A stretch of DNA of 64,000 nt, taken from assembly GCF_003334765.1 (NCBI RefSeq), contig NZ_QOWT01000023.1. One strand, given 5' to 3'. Each line of letters starts with the position of its first letter. Position 1 is the first letter of the stretch. Positions 10,440 through 21,572 of this stretch are shown here, piece by piece. The position numbers were made by a program, and so were the translations under genes. The notes beneath the pieces were generated by a model. The model saw nothing but the letters and a program-made list of their open reading frames with translations, searched no databases and was not told the origin of the DNA. The DNA is from Escherichia coli. GTDB lineage: Bacteria; Pseudomonadota; Gammaproteobacteria; Enterobacterales; Enterobacteriaceae.

Positions 10440-11552
10440 ATGACCGCCTTAAATAAAAAATGGCTATCGGGTCTGGTTGCGGGTGCTCTGATGGCCGTCT
10501 CTGTCGGCACGCTCGCGGCTGAACAAAAAACACTCCACATTTATAACTGGTCTGATTATATCGCCCCGGACACGGTGGCCAATTTTGAAAAAGAAACCGG
10601 TATTAAAGTCGTCTACGATGTTTTCGACTCTAACGAAGTACTGGAAGGCAAATTAATGGCCGGGAGTACCGGCTTTGATCTGGTGGTTCCATCTGCCAGC
10701 TTTCTGGAGCGCCAGTTGACTGCGGGAGTTTTCCAGCCGCTGGACAAAAGCAAATTGCCGGAGTGGAAGAATCTCGACCCGGAACTGCTGAAGCTGGTCG
10801 CCAAACACGATCCCGACAATAAATTTGCTATGCCCTATATGTGGGCGACGACCGGGATTGGCTATAACGTTGATAAAGTTAAAGCGGTGCTGGGCGAAAA
10901 CGCGCCCGTCGATAGCTGGGACTTGATCCTCAAACCTGAAAATCTGGAAAAACTGAAAAGCTGCGGTGTCTCTTTCCTGGATGCGCCAGAAGAAGTTTTT
11001 GCTACCGTGTTGAATTATCTCGGCAAAGATCCCAACAGCACTAAAGCGGATGATTACACCGGACCGGCAACAGATCTGCTGTTAAAGCTGCGCCCGAACA
11101 TTCGTTATTTCCATTCATCTCAATACATTAACGACCTGGCAAACGGCGATATTTGCGTCGCTATCGGCTGGGCAGGTGATGTCTGGCAGGCGTCAAACCG
11201 CGCGAAGGAAGCGAAGAATGGCGTGAATGTCTCGTTCTCGATTCCAAAAGAAGGGGCGATGGCGTTCTTTGATGTATTCGCCATGCCTGCGGATGCCAAA
11301 AACAAAGACGAAGCCTATCAGTTCCTGAATTACCTGCTGCGCCCGGATGTAGTAGCGCATATTTCCGACCATGTGTTCTATGCCAACGCCAATAAAGCAG
11401 CCACGCCGCTGGTGAGTGCGGAAGTCCGTGAGAACCCAGGTATTTATCCGCCTGCGGATGTTCGTGCGAAGCTGTTCACTCTGAAAGTGCAGGATCCGAA
11501 AATCGACCGTGTGCGCACCCGCGCGTGGACCAAAGTGAAGAGCGGAAAATAA
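10440..11552 (+). CDS. potF: putrescine ABC transporter periplasmic binding protein
   Basis: 370-aa product with signal peptide MTALNKKWLSGLVAGALMAVSVGTLAA; first gene of potFGHI. Start at the ATG at 10440. Confidence 0.95.
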   Translation: MTALNKKWLSGLVAGALMAVSVGTLAAEQKTLHIYNWSDYIAPDTVANFEKETGIKVVYDVFDSNEVLEGKLMAGSTGFDLVVPSASFLERQLTAGVFQPLDKSKLPEWKNLDPELLKLVAKHDPDNKFAMPYMWATTGIGYNVDKVKAVLGENAPVDSWDLILKPENLEKLKSCGVSFLDAPEEVFATVLNYLGKDPNSTKADDYTGPATDLLLKLRPNIRYFHSSQYINDLANGDICVAIGWAGDVWQASNRAKEAKNGVNVSFSIPKEGAMAFFDVFAMPADAKNKDEAYQFLNYLLRPDVVAHISDHVFYANANKAATPLVSAEVRENPGIYPPADVRAKLFTLKVQDPKIDRVRTRAWTKVKSGK

Positions 11553-11646
11553 TCCGCAGTCGTAGATGCCGGAGGGGCGCACCACACCCGCCGGCAATTC
11601 GCACCATTATGGTGCGCTTGCACACATTCAATGCCGGAGAGCAGCC

Positions 11647-12780
11647 GTGAATGACGCTATCCCTCGCCCGCAGGCGAAAACCCGTAAGGCGCTGACGCCG
11701 CTATTAGAAATCCGCAACCTGACCAAATCCTACGATGGTCAACATGCGGTGGATGATGTCAGCCTGACCATCTACAAAGGTGAAATCTTCGCGCTGCTGG
11801 GCGCATCCGGCTGTGGCAAGTCCACGCTGCTGCGTATGCTGGCAGGTTTCGAACAACCTTCTGCCGGACAGATAATGCTTGATGGCGTCGATTTGTCACA
11901 GGTTCCGCCTTACCTGCGCCCCATCAATATGATGTTTCAGTCTTACGCGCTGTTTCCGCATATGACCGTGGAACAGAACATCGCTTTTGGCCTGAAACAG
12001 GACAAACTACCGAAAGCGGAAATTGCCAGCCGGGTCAATGAGATGCTCGGCCTGGTGCATATGCAGGAGTTCGCCAAACGCAAACCGCATCAGCTTTCCG
12101 GTGGTCAGCGACAACGTGTGGCCCTGGCCCGAAGCCTTGCGAAGCGCCCGAAACTATTACTGCTCGATGAGCCGATGGGCGCGCTGGATAAAAAGCTGCG
12201 TGACCGGATGCAGCTTGAAGTGGTGGATATTCTGGAGCGCGTCGGTGTGACTTGTGTGATGGTCACCCACGATCAGGAAGAGGCGATGACCATGGCGGGG
12301 CGCATCGCCATTATGAATCGTGGGAAATTTGTCCAGATTGGCGAACCGGAAGAGATCTACGAGCATCCGACTACCCGCTATAGCGCCGAATTTATTGGCT
12401 CGGTAAACGTCTTTGAAGGCGTACTCAAAGAGCGTCAGGAAGATGGCCTGGTGCTTGATTCGCCGGGGCTGGTGCATCCACTGAAAGTCGACGCGGATGC
12501 CTCGGTGGTCGATAACGTGCCGGTACATGTGGCGCTGCGCCCGGAAAAAATCATGCTTTGCGAAGAGCCGCCCGCCAATGGTTGTAACTTCGCGGTGGGG
12601 GAGGTGATACACATTGCCTATCTCGGCGATCTTTCGGTGTATCACGTTCGTCTGAAAAGTGGGCAGATGATTAGCGCCCAGCTACAAAACGCCCATCGTC
12701 ATCGTAAAGGGTTACCGACCTGGGGCGACGAAGTGCGTTTGTGCTGGGAAGTGGACAGCTGTGTGGTGCTGACGGTTTAA
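11647..12780 (+). CDS. potG: putrescine ABC transporter ATP-binding protein
   Basis: 377-aa product with Walker A GASGCGKST, signature LSGGQRQRV, Walker B LLLDEP. GTG start at 11647 chosen from expected N-terminus MNDAIPRPQ. Confidence 0.93.
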   Translation: MNDAIPRPQAKTRKALTPLLEIRNLTKSYDGQHAVDDVSLTIYKGEIFALLGASGCGKSTLLRMLAGFEQPSAGQIMLDGVDLSQVPPYLRPINMMFQSYALFPHMTVEQNIAFGLKQDKLPKAEIASRVNEMLGLVHMQEFAKRKPHQLSGGQRQRVALARSLAKRPKLLLLDEPMGALDKKLRDRMQLEVVDILERVGVTCVMVTHDQEEAMTMAGRIAIMNRGKFVQIGEPEEIYEHPTTRYSAEFIGSVNVFEGVLKERQEDGLVLDSPGLVHPLKVDADASVVDNVPVHVALRPEKIMLCEEPPANGCNFAVGEVIHIAYLGDLSVYHVRLKSGQMISAQLQNAHRHRKGLPTWGDEVRLCWEVDSCVVLTV

Positions 12781-12789
12781 GGAGCAAAG

Positions 12790-13743
12790 ATGAGTACACT
12801 TGAACCTGCTGCCCAGTCGAAACCGCCGGGCGGATTTAAGCTGTGGTTGTCGCAGCTGCAAATGAAGCATGGGCGCAAACTGGTCATTGCGTTGCCATAT
12901 ATCTGGTTGATCTTGCTGTTTCTGCTGCCATTTCTGATTGTCTTTAAAATAAGCCTGGCGGAGATGGCGCGCGCTATTCCACCTTATACCGAACTGATGG
13001 AGTGGGCTGACGGGCAACTGTCCATCACTCTTAATCTCGGTAATTTTCTGCAACTGACCGACGATCCGCTCTATTTCGATGCTTATCTCCAGTCGCTACA
13101 GGTGGCTGCGATTTCGACATTTTGCTGTTTACTGATCGGCTATCCGCTGGCGTGGGCGGTGGCGCACAGTAAGCCTTCGACCCGTAATATTTTATTACTA
13201 CTGGTGATCCTGCCGTCGTGGACCTCGTTTCTGATCCGCGTTTATGCCTGGATGGGAATATTAAAAAACAACGGTGTGCTGAATAATTTTCTGCTGTGGC
13301 TGGGGGTTATCGATCAACCGCTGACCATTCTGCATACCAATCTGGCCGTTTATATCGGCATTGTTTACGCTTACGTGCCGTTTATGGTACTGCCGATTTA
13401 TACCGCGTTGATTCGTATTGATTATTCGCTGGTGGAAGCAGCGCTGGATCTCGGTGCACGACCGCTGAAAACGTTCTTTACTGTGATCGTGCCGCTGACT
13501 AAAGGTGGGATTATTGCCGGATCGATGCTGGTGTTTATCCCGGCTGTGGGCGAGTTTGTGATCCCGGAACTGCTCGGTGGCCCGGACAGCATCATGATCG
13601 GGCGCGTGCTATGGCAAGAGTTTTTCAATAACCGCGACTGGCCGGTGGCCTCGGCGGTAGCGATCATCATGTTGCTGCTGCTAATTGTGCCGATAATGTG
13701 GTTCCACAAACACCAGCAAAAAAGCGTGGGAGAACACGGATGA
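12790..13743 (+). CDS. potH: putrescine ABC transporter permease
   Basis: 317-aa multi-pass permease, operon position after potG. Confidence 0.94.
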   Translation: MSTLEPAAQSKPPGGFKLWLSQLQMKHGRKLVIALPYIWLILLFLLPFLIVFKISLAEMARAIPPYTELMEWADGQLSITLNLGNFLQLTDDPLYFDAYLQSLQVAAISTFCCLLIGYPLAWAVAHSKPSTRNILLLLVILPSWTSFLIRVYAWMGILKNNGVLNNFLLWLGVIDQPLTILHTNLAVYIGIVYAYVPFMVLPIYTALIRIDYSLVEAALDLGARPLKTFFTVIVPLTKGGIIAGSMLVFIPAVGEFVIPELLGGPDSIMIGRVLWQEFFNNRDWPVASAVAIIMLLLLIVPIMWFHKHQQKSVGEHG

Positions 13744-14585
13744 ATAATTTACCGGTAGTTCGTTCGCCCTGGCGGATTGTGATTTTGCTGCTGGGCTTTA
13801 CCTTTCTCTACGCGCCAATGCTGATGCTGGTTATCTATTCGTTTAACAGCTCGAAGCTGGTGACGGTGTGGGCCGGCTGGTCAACGCGCTGGTATGGTGA
13901 GTTATTGCGCGATGACGCGATGATGAGTGCGGTTGGTTTAAGTCTGACAATTGCGGCCTGTGCGGCGACGGCGGCGGCGATCCTCGGAACTATTGCGGCG
14001 GTGGTGCTGGTGCGCTTTGGCAGGTTTCGCGGATCAAATGGCTTTGCCTTTATGATCACCGCGCCGCTGGTAATGCCAGATGTCATCACGGGCTTGTCGC
14101 TGTTGTTATTATTCGTCGCGCTTGCTCATGCCATTGGCTGGCCTGCGGACCGCGGTATGCTCACCATCTGGCTGGCGCATGTCACTTTTTGTACGGCTTA
14201 TGTGGCGGTCGTTATTTCTTCAAGATTGCGGGAACTGGATCGCTCGATAGAAGAAGCAGCGATGGATCTCGGTGCGACGCCGCTGAAAGTGTTTTTCGTC
14301 ATTACGCTACCGATGATCATGCCCGCGATCATTTCTGGCTGGTTACTGGCTTTTACTTTGTCGCTTGATGATCTGGTGATCGCCAGCTTTGTTTCCGGGC
14401 CGGGAGCCACCACGTTACCGATGCTGGTCTTTTCCAGCGTGCGGATGGGGGTGAATCCGGAAATCAACGCCCTGGCAACATTGATCCTCGGCGCGGTCGG
14501 AATTGTCGGATTTATCGCCTGGTATCTGATGGCTCGCGCAGAAAAACAGCGGATACGCGACATCCAGCGTGCAAGACGTGGCTGA
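13740..14585 (+). CDS. potI: putrescine ABC transporter permease
   Basis: 281-aa permease starting MNNLPVVRSPWRIV; start overlaps the potH stop (ATGA). Confidence 0.93.
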   Translation: MNNLPVVRSPWRIVILLLGFTFLYAPMLMLVIYSFNSSKLVTVWAGWSTRWYGELLRDDAMMSAVGLSLTIAACAATAAAILGTIAAVVLVRFGRFRGSNGFAFMITAPLVMPDVITGLSLLLLFVALAHAIGWPADRGMLTIWLAHVTFCTAYVAVVISSRLRELDRSIEEAAMDLGATPLKVFFVITLPMIMPAIISGWLLAFTLSLDDLVIASFVSGPGATTLPMLVFSSVRMGVNPEINALATLILGAVGIVGFIAWYLMARAEKQRIRDIQRARRG

Positions 14586-14616
14586 AGACACTAAAATTTG
14601 CCAACCTGGCTACATA

Positions 14617-14645
14617 ATGCCGCGCATGTCGCGGCATTGTTTTCA
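14617..14645 (+). terminator. rho-independent terminator after potI
   Basis: Hairpin atgccgcg-catgt-cgcggcat followed by tgttttc. Confidence 0.55.
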
Positions 14646-15133
14646 TGGAAGACGAAACGTTGGGATTTTTTAAGAAAACATCTTCATCTCATGCTCGCCT
14701 GAATGTGCCTGCGCTGGTGCAGGTGGCGGCGCTCGCCATTATTATGATCCGTGGCCTCGACGTGCTGATGATTTTCAATACGCTGGGCGTGCGCGGTATT
14801 GGCGAGTTCATTCATCGCAGCGTACAAACCTGGAGTTTAACGCTGGTCTTTTTAAGCAGTCTGGTGCTGGTTTTCATTGAGATCTGGTGTGCGTTTTCAC
14901 TGGTGAAAGGGCGTCGCTGGGCGCGCTGGCTATATCTGCTGACACAAATCACCGCCGCAAGTTACTTGTGGGCGGCTTCGCTGGGGTACGGTTATCCGGA
15001 GCTGTTCAGCATTCCCGGTGAATCAAAACGTGAAATCTTCCATAGCCTGATGCTGCAGAAGCTGCCGGATATGCTCATCCTGATGCTGCTGTTCGTTCCC
15101 TCGACCAGTCGGCGGTTCTTCCAGTTGCAATAA
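14645..15133 (+). CDS. ybjO: inner membrane protein YbjO
   Basis: 162-aa hydrophobic ORF in conserved position. Confidence 0.9.
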   Translation: MEDETLGFFKKTSSSHARLNVPALVQVAALAIIMIRGLDVLMIFNTLGVRGIGEFIHRSVQTWSLTLVFLSSLVLVFIEIWCAFSLVKGRRWARWLYLLTQITAASYLWAASLGYGYPELFSIPGESKREIFHSLMLQKLPDMLILMLLFVPSTSRRFFQLQ

Positions 15134-15173
15134 TGTGTATAATCGTCGCCCCTGATGATGTGAAGGTCAATGT

Positions 15174-16301
15174 ATGCAGTGCGCACTTTACGACGCGGGT
15201 CGCTGTCGTTCCTGTCAGTGGATAATGCAGCCGATTCCAGAGCAACTCTCCGCTAAAACCGCCGATCTTAAAAATCTGCTCGCCGACTTTCCGGTTGAGG
15301 AATGGTGCGCGCCGGTGTCAGGCCCGGAACAAGGGTTTCGTAATAAAGCCAAAATGGTGGTGAGTGGTAGCGTTGAAAAACCACTGCTCGGTATGCTGCA
15401 TCGCGATGGCACACCAGAAGACCTTTGTGACTGCCCGCTTTATCCTGCCTCATTTGCGCCCGTTTTTGCGGCGCTAAAACCGTTTATCGCCCGAGCGGGG
15501 TTAACGCCCTACAACGTGGCGCGTAAGCGTGGCGAACTGAAATACATTCTGCTGACTGAAAGCCAGAGTGATGGAGGCATGATGCTGCGCTTTGTACTGC
15601 GTTCTGATACCAAGCTGGCGCAACTGCGTAAGGCGCTGCCGTGGTTACACGAACAACTACCGCAGCTGAAAGTTATTACCGTCAATATTCAGCCGGTACA
15701 TATGGCGATTATGGAAGGGGAGACGGAGATCTACCTGACCGAACAACAGGCACTGGCGGAGCGTTTTAATGACGTACCGCTGTGGATCCGTCCGCAAAGT
15801 TTCTTCCAGACTAATCCGGCGGTCGCCAGCCAGTTGTACGCCACCGCGCGCGACTGGGTACGACAGCTGCCGGTTAAACATATGTGGGATCTGTTCTGCG
15901 GTGTGGGGGGCTTTGGTTTACACTGCGCGACGCCTGACATGCAGTTAACCGGGATCGAAATTGCATCAGAGGCCATTGCCTGTGCAAAGCAGTCAGCCGC
16001 TGAACTGGGCTTAACGCGTTTGCAATTTCAGGCGCTGGACTCCACTCAGTTTGCCACCGCTCAGGGGGATGTGCCGGAGCTGGTGCTGGTTAACCCGCCG
16101 CGCCGCGGCATTGGTAAACCGCTGTGTGATTATCTCTCAACGATGGCACCGCGTTTTATCATCTACTCCAGCTGTAACGCCCAAACTATGGCGAAAGATA
16201 TCCGCGAACTGCCTGGGTTTCGTATTGAACGGGTGCAGCTTTTCGATATGTTCCCGCATACCGCGCACTATGAAGTGCTGACGCTGCTGGTGAAGCAATA
16301 A
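15174..16301 (+). CDS. rlmC: 23S rRNA (uracil747-C5)-methyltransferase RlmC
   Basis: 375-aa ORF with N-terminal Cys cluster (CRSCQW...) and SAM-MTase motif VLVNPPRRG. Confidence 0.95.
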
Positions 16302-16304
16302 AAA

Positions 16305-16320
16305 AGCCGCATGTGCGGCT
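16305..16320. terminator. short hairpin after rlmC stop (possible bidirectional terminator)
   Basis: agccgc-atgt-gcggct hairpin flanked by an A-run on plus (T-run on minus). Confidence 0.35.
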
Positions 16321-16350
16321 TCAGATTGCTGACAAAGTGCGCGTTGTTTA

Positions 16351-16450
<100 letters not shown>

Positions 16451-16499
16451 ATTTTACCTTTGTCATCAGTCTCAAGCCGCGGTTGCGGCTTTCTGAATC

Positions 16500-17231
16500 T
16501 TACTGTGGGAACCACTGGTCACTGATTTTTTGATAAGTACCGTCAGCTTTAATTGCTGCCAGCGCGTTATTCAGTTTTTCCAGCAGGGCTTTGTTATCCG
16601 GACGTACAGCGATGCCCAGGCCGGTGCCAAAATATTGCGGATCGGTCACTTTCTCAGTAGCAACACCAAGTTGTGGATTGGTTTTCAGCCATTCGTTTAC
16701 CACCGCTGTGTCACCAAATACCCCATCAATACGACCATTTTTCAGATCGATAAAGGCATTCTGATAACTGTCATAAGAGACAGTTTTCACTTCCGGGTGC
16801 TGATCCTGAATATATTTCTGGTGCGTAGTACCGTTTTCCATCCCAATACGTTTGCCTTTCAGATCGGCAAACGTTTTGTAGGTATCTTTTTTGGCAATCA
16901 CGACGGCTGAGTTTTCATAGTAGGGCGTGGTAAACGATACCTGTTTGCTACGCTCCGGGGTGATATCCATACCGGAGATTACGGCGTCATATTTTCTGAA
17001 TTTCAGGGACGGGATCAGGCTGTCGAACGCGTGATTAGTAAAAGTACATTCTGCCTGCATTTGTTTGCACAAGGCTTTTGCCAGATCGATATCAAAGCCG
17101 ACAATCTCATTATTAGCACCTATAGATTCAAAGGGTGGATAGGTGGCTGAAACGCCAAAATTGATTTTCTCTGCGGCAGAAGCACCGAAAGTAAAGGAAG
17201 CAAGTAAAGCGGCAAGAACTAACTTTTTCAT
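16500..17231 (-). CDS. artJ: arginine ABC transporter periplasmic binding protein ArtJ
   Basis: 243-aa product MKKLVLAALLASFTFGASAAEKINFG...; start taken at MKKLVL (ORF track extends to 17282). Confidence 0.95.
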   Translation of the reverse strand: MKKLVLAALLASFTFGASAAEKINFGVSATYPPFESIGANNEIVGFDIDLAKALCKQMQAECTFTNHAFDSLIPSLKFRKYDAVISGMDITPERSKQVSFTTPYYENSAVVIAKKDTYKTFADLKGKRIGMENGTTHQKYIQDQHPEVKTVSYDSYQNAFIDLKNGRIDGVFGDTAVVNEWLKTNPQLGVATEKVTDPQYFGTGLGIAVRPDNKALLEKLNNALAAIKADGTYQKISDQWFPQ

Positions 17232-17345
17232 GATGGAACTCCCGTCTGTCAATCTTATGATTTTTGGCCGTGTCTGCGGCATGGGATAACAATGCCATCA
17301 AGTGAATTTATATGCAATAAACATGATTAAATAATTTAAATGAAA

Positions 17346-17379
17346 TAAAAAAGACGGACAACTTAGTGGGTTGTCCGTC
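17346..17379 (-). terminator. rho-independent terminator of artPIQM operon
   Basis: 10-bp stem gacggacaac/gttgtccgtc with T-run on the minus strand. Confidence 0.6.
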
Positions 17380-17403
17380 TTCATTATAAGAATTTATGCA
17401 CTA

Positions 17404-17492
17404 TGTAGGCCGGATAAGGCGTCCCCGCCGCATCCGGCACAGGCACCGTGCTGATGTCTGATGCGACGCTGGCGCGTCTTATCAGACCTACA
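17404..17492. repeat. REP/BIME element
   Basis: tgtaggccggataaggcgtccccgccgcatccggca plus a second inverted REP-like unit. Confidence 0.8.
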
Positions 17493-17521
17493 AAACCCCC
17501 CGGCGAATGTACGCAGCCACA

Positions 17522-18190
17522 TTAATTTCGCCGTTCGAATGCCAGCGCTTTGCGCTCGATCAGACGCATCATCAGCGTCAGCAGGCCGTTAACGACCAGG
17601 TAAATAATCCCTGCCGCACCGAACACCATTACATCGTAGGTGCGTCCGTACAACAACTGGCTGTATCCCATCACTTCCATCAGCGTAATGGTGTATGCCA
17701 GAGAGGTACTTTTGAATACCAGCACCACTTCGTTGGAATAAGAAGAGAGCGAGCGTTTAAAGGCATACGGCAGCAGGATCGCCAGCGTATCTTTTTTGCT
17801 CATTCCCAGGGCGCTACAGGACTGCCACTGACCTTCCGGGATCGCACGAATTGCACCGTAAAACAGCTGCGTGGTATACGCCGCACTATTCAGCGACAAC
17901 GCAATCAGCGCACATAACCACGGTTCTGACAACAAATGCCACAGTGCCGGATACTCCTGCAAAGTCGGAAACTGGCCCGGCCCGTAATAAATCAGGAAGA
18001 TCTGCACCAGCAGCGGCGTACCGGTAAACAGCGTGATATAACCCCGCACCAGCCACACCAGCACCGGCGTTTTCAGCGTCAGGATGATGGTAAAAATCAA
18101 TGCCAGAATCAGTGCCACAATCAGCGAGGCAACGGTTAGCGTCAGGCTGGTGTGTAGCCCTTTCATCAGTTCGGGTAAATACTCAAACAT
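17522..18190 (-). CDS. artM: arginine ABC transporter permease ArtM
   Basis: 222-aa permease; operon order artP-artI-artQ-artM on minus strand. Confidence 0.95.
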   Translation of the reverse strand: MFEYLPELMKGLHTSLTLTVASLIVALILALIFTIILTLKTPVLVWLVRGYITLFTGTPLLVQIFLIYYGPGQFPTLQEYPALWHLLSEPWLCALIALSLNSAAYTTQLFYGAIRAIPEGQWQSCSALGMSKKDTLAILLPYAFKRSLSSYSNEVVLVFKSTSLAYTITLMEVMGYSQLLYGRTYDVMVFGAAGIIYLVVNGLLTLMMRLIERKALAFERRN

Positions 18191-18906
18191 TAGCTGGGCC
18201 TCCGCTCAAAACGTGTCGCGCGCAGGTCAATGCGTTTGAGAATGTACTGACTGAGCAGGGTGATCACCAGGTAAATCGCCGCCGCCACAATGTACCAGGT
18301 AAATGGTTCCTGGGTACGAGTAGCGATGCTTTTTGTTTGCAGCATTAAATCATTCACACTAATCAAACTGACCAGCGCGGTATCTTTCAGCAGCACCAGC
18401 CACTGGTTACCGAGGCCAGGCAGCGCATGACGCCACATCTGCGGCATCACCAGACGGAAAAAGATAGCCGATTTCGACAGCCCCAGCGCCTGACCAGACT
18501 CCCACTGACCCACCGGCACCGCTTTCAACGCGCCCCGAAGCGTTTGCGAGGCATAGGCGGCATACAGCAGTGACAGAGCGATGACACCACAAAGGAACGG
18601 GCTAACGTCGAAGTTCTCAATGTCCATCTGCACTGGGATCTGCACGAACCCAAGATTGATAGTGAAGCCATCCGAAAGCGTCAGCAGCAGCTGCGAGGAG
18701 CCAAAATAGATAAACAGCACCACCAGAATTTCTGGCAGGCCACGCAGAATGGTTACCAGCGCTGAACCTGCCCACGCGACAGGACGCCATTTTGCCGACT
18801 CCCATACCGCAAAGAACATCGCCAGCGCCAGCCCGACAATCAATGCACAAACGGCAAGGCCGACGGTCATCCCGGCGGCGCTTGCTAAAGGAAAAAATTC
18901 ATTCAT
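18190..18906 (-). CDS. artQ: arginine ABC transporter permease ArtQ
   Basis: 238-aa permease. Confidence 0.95.
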
Positions 18907-18912
18907 CAGGAA

Positions 18913-19644
18913 TTACTTCTGGAACCATTTGTTGTAGATGGTTTCGTAAGTGCCATCTTTCTTCACTTTTTCCAGCGCAGTGTTGAGTTTCTGCTGCAGC
19001 TCAGTGTTGCCCTGACGTACCGCGATGCCGAGGCCAGTGCCGAAGTAATCTTTATCGGTCACTTTGTCGCCCACCGCCGCCAGTTTCGGGTTATCTTTCA
19101 GCCACTCAGTGACCACTGCGGTGTCACCGAAGACGCCGTCGATACGCCCGTTTTGCAGATCCAGTTTTGCGTTCTGGTAGCTGTCATACGGAACGGTAGT
19201 GATTTCCGGGTGCTTATCCATAATGAATTTCTGGTGTGTCGTCCCGTTCTGTACGCCGACTTTTTTGCCTTTCAGCTGATCAACACTGGTGTATTTGCCT
19301 TGCTGACCCACAAACAGGGCAGAGTTGTCATAGTACGGGGTGGTAAACAGCACCTGCTTTTCACGCTCCGGAGTGATATCCATGCCCGCCATCACGGCTT
19401 CTACGCGACGGAATTTCAGGCTTGGGATCAGGCTGTCAAACGCCTGGTTAGAGAAAGTGCAGGTTGCATCAATCTCTTTACACAGCGCTTGTGCCAGGTC
19501 GACGTCAAAACCAACGATCTGGTTGTTTGCATCAATCGATTCAAACGGAGGATAGGAGGCTTCGGTAGCAAAACGAATGGTTTCGGCAGCTGTGGCGGAA
19601 AGACTAAAACCTGCAATTAACGCGGCAATCAGAACTTTTTTCAT
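18913..19644 (-). CDS. artI: arginine ABC transporter periplasmic binding protein ArtI
   Basis: 243-aa paralogue of ArtJ (MKKVLIAALIAGFSLSATAAETIRFA...). Confidence 0.95.
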   Translation of the reverse strand: MKKVLIAALIAGFSLSATAAETIRFATEASYPPFESIDANNQIVGFDVDLAQALCKEIDATCTFSNQAFDSLIPSLKFRRVEAVMAGMDITPEREKQVLFTTPYYDNSALFVGQQGKYTSVDQLKGKKVGVQNGTTHQKFIMDKHPEITTVPYDSYQNAKLDLQNGRIDGVFGDTAVVTEWLKDNPKLAAVGDKVTDKDYFGTGLGIAVRQGNTELQQKLNTALEKVKKDGTYETIYNKWFQK

Positions 19645-19661
19645 TGTTGTTATCCCGAATC

Positions 19662-20390
19662 TTAGTGAGAGAGATAGTTTTTAAATGCTTCGGTTTGCGG
19701 CTCGGTAAAGCAGCTCGCGTCGCCTTGTTCTACGATATGACCATTTTCCATATACACCACTCGGCTGGCGGTTTTACGCGCCACTTCAACTTCGTGGGTG
19801 ACGATCACCTGGGTAATATTCGTTTCTGCCAGCTCACGAATGATGCTGACGATTTGTGCCGTAATTTCCGGGTCCAGTGCGGCGGTCGGTTCATCGAACA
19901 GCAGTACCTGCGGTTCCATCATCAACGCACGGGCAATAGCAACACGCTGCTGCTGACCACCAGAAAGATGCAGCGGGTAACGATCGCTATAAGGTTTGAG
20001 ACGCAGACGTTCCAGCAGTTTTTCTGCACGGGCCAGCGCCTGATCTTTACTCAACCCCAGTACACGGCAGGGCGCTTCAATCAGGTTTTGCTGCACGGTC
20101 AGATGCGGCCACAGGTTGTATTGCTGAAACACCATGCCAACGTTACGACGCAAATCGCGAATCGCTTTGTCAGAGGGTGTTTTGGTGAAATCGAAATGGT
20201 TGCCTGCAATGTTGAGCGTACCGGAGCGCGGCATCTCAAGCAGATTGAGTACACGCAGCAGCGAGCTTTTACCCGCGCCGCTGGGGCCAAGTAACACCAG
20301 CGTTTCGCCCTGTGGGCAATCCAGCGTGATATCGAACAGCGCCTGATGCGCGCCGTAGAAGCAATTAATGCCGTTTAATTGAATACTCAT
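19662..20390 (-). CDS. artP: arginine ABC transporter ATP-binding protein ArtP
   Basis: 242-aa product [43 protein letters not shown], with LSGGQQQRV. Start at the ATG at 20388-20390 (ORF track extends to 20489). Confidence 0.94.
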
Positions 20391-20607
20391 TGACACTCGT
20401 ATACTGGCAGTCTGATAGCTATTGAGGTCGAAGATAGTACCTTTGACAGAATAATTATGCAATATTTCTGCTTTAAAAGTTAAAAGCAAAGCGCATTATT
20501 CAATAAACATAGCACAAAATAACGGGGGCGGTGGTCGGCGAGCATAAATGTCGGCATTCCTCACGAAATGCCGGACAATTTACGGGGTTTATTGGTTGAT
20601 CAAGGCG

Positions 20608-21123
20608 TTAGCGATTCTCGATGGACTGACGGAGCGTACCCGCCGTGGCATGAACGCTACCGCCTAAGTAACGCACATCGTCGATGACCCAACACTGGCC
20701 TTCCTGAATCATTAACACTTCATCCTGCCAACCCTGGTCACCCTGTTTGAGATCCACGCGCAATGGAATGTTACGGGCATCACGATTAGGGATAGTCGAT
20801 GCACTGGCAACGTGGGCGCTATCTGGCAAGGTGGTTCGACTGGAGAATGGATCGTTGGTCAGTAGTTCCCGATGGTTATTATCCCGGGAGGCATCGCTAA
20901 GCAGTGTCGCCAGTTTGTCGCTCAGATAAGGGCGCAAGGCGGTGATGTCGTTGCTGCGGTGCAAAATGCGGTAGTCATAAAATTGCTGGGCCACGTTATC
21001 CGGGCCTCCTTCAACGCAAGGACCACTGCGTGTGCCGTTATCTTTATAAGCTGGAGTGACTGTGGTGCAGGCACTGAGGAGCAGTGCGCAGGGGATAAGC
21101 ATTGTCAATTTGCTGTAGCGCAT
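20608..21123 (-). CDS. ybjP: lipoprotein YbjP
   Basis: 171-aa ORF with lipoprotein signal ...LLLSAC. Confidence 0.9.
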   Translation of the reverse strand: MRYSKLTMLIPCALLLSACTTVTPAYKDNGTRSGPCVEGGPDNVAQQFYDYRILHRSNDITALRPYLSDKLATLLSDASRDNNHRELLTNDPFSSRTTLPDSAHVASASTIPNRDARNIPLRVDLKQGDQGWQDEVLMIQEGQCWVIDDVRYLGGSVHATAGTLRQSIENR

Positions 21124-21248
21124 AATGATTTCCTTATAAGCGATCGCTCTGAAAGCGTTCTACGATAATAATGATATCCTTTCAATAATAGCGTATCAGT
21201 CTGATAATGCTTTTGAGATCGAAGGCTTAGCAAACAAGGAGATCGATC

Positions 21249-21572
21249 ATGCAATTTTCTACAACCCCAACTCTGGAAGGCCAGACCATCGTTGAATATT
21301 GCGGTGTGGTGACCGGCGAAGCGATTTTAGGTGCCAATATTTTCCGTGATTTCTTTGCCGGTATCCGCGATATCGTTGGCGGACGTTCCGGTGCGTATGA
21401 AAAAGAACTGCGTAAAGCACGGGAGATCGCCTTTGAGGAATTAGGCTCCCAGGCGCGGGCGCTGGGGGCCGATGCCGTCGTCGGTATTGATATCGACTAC
21501 GAAACGGTCGGGCAAAACGGCAGTATGCTGATGGTTAGCGTCAGCGGTACGGCGGTGAAAACGCGTCGATGA
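21249..21572 (+). CDS. ybjQ: YbjQ (UPF0145 family) protein
   Basis: 107-aa [54 protein letters not shown]. Confidence 0.92.

Noticed and set aside
12157-12645. 162-aa minus-strand ORF within potG (and similar antisense ORFs at 5707-6093, 9007-9531, 19644-20294, 29100-29861, 37303-37892, 40010-40405, 41360-41875)
   Set aside because: All lie entirely inside well-supported conserved genes on the opposite strand and have no start context or recognisable homology.
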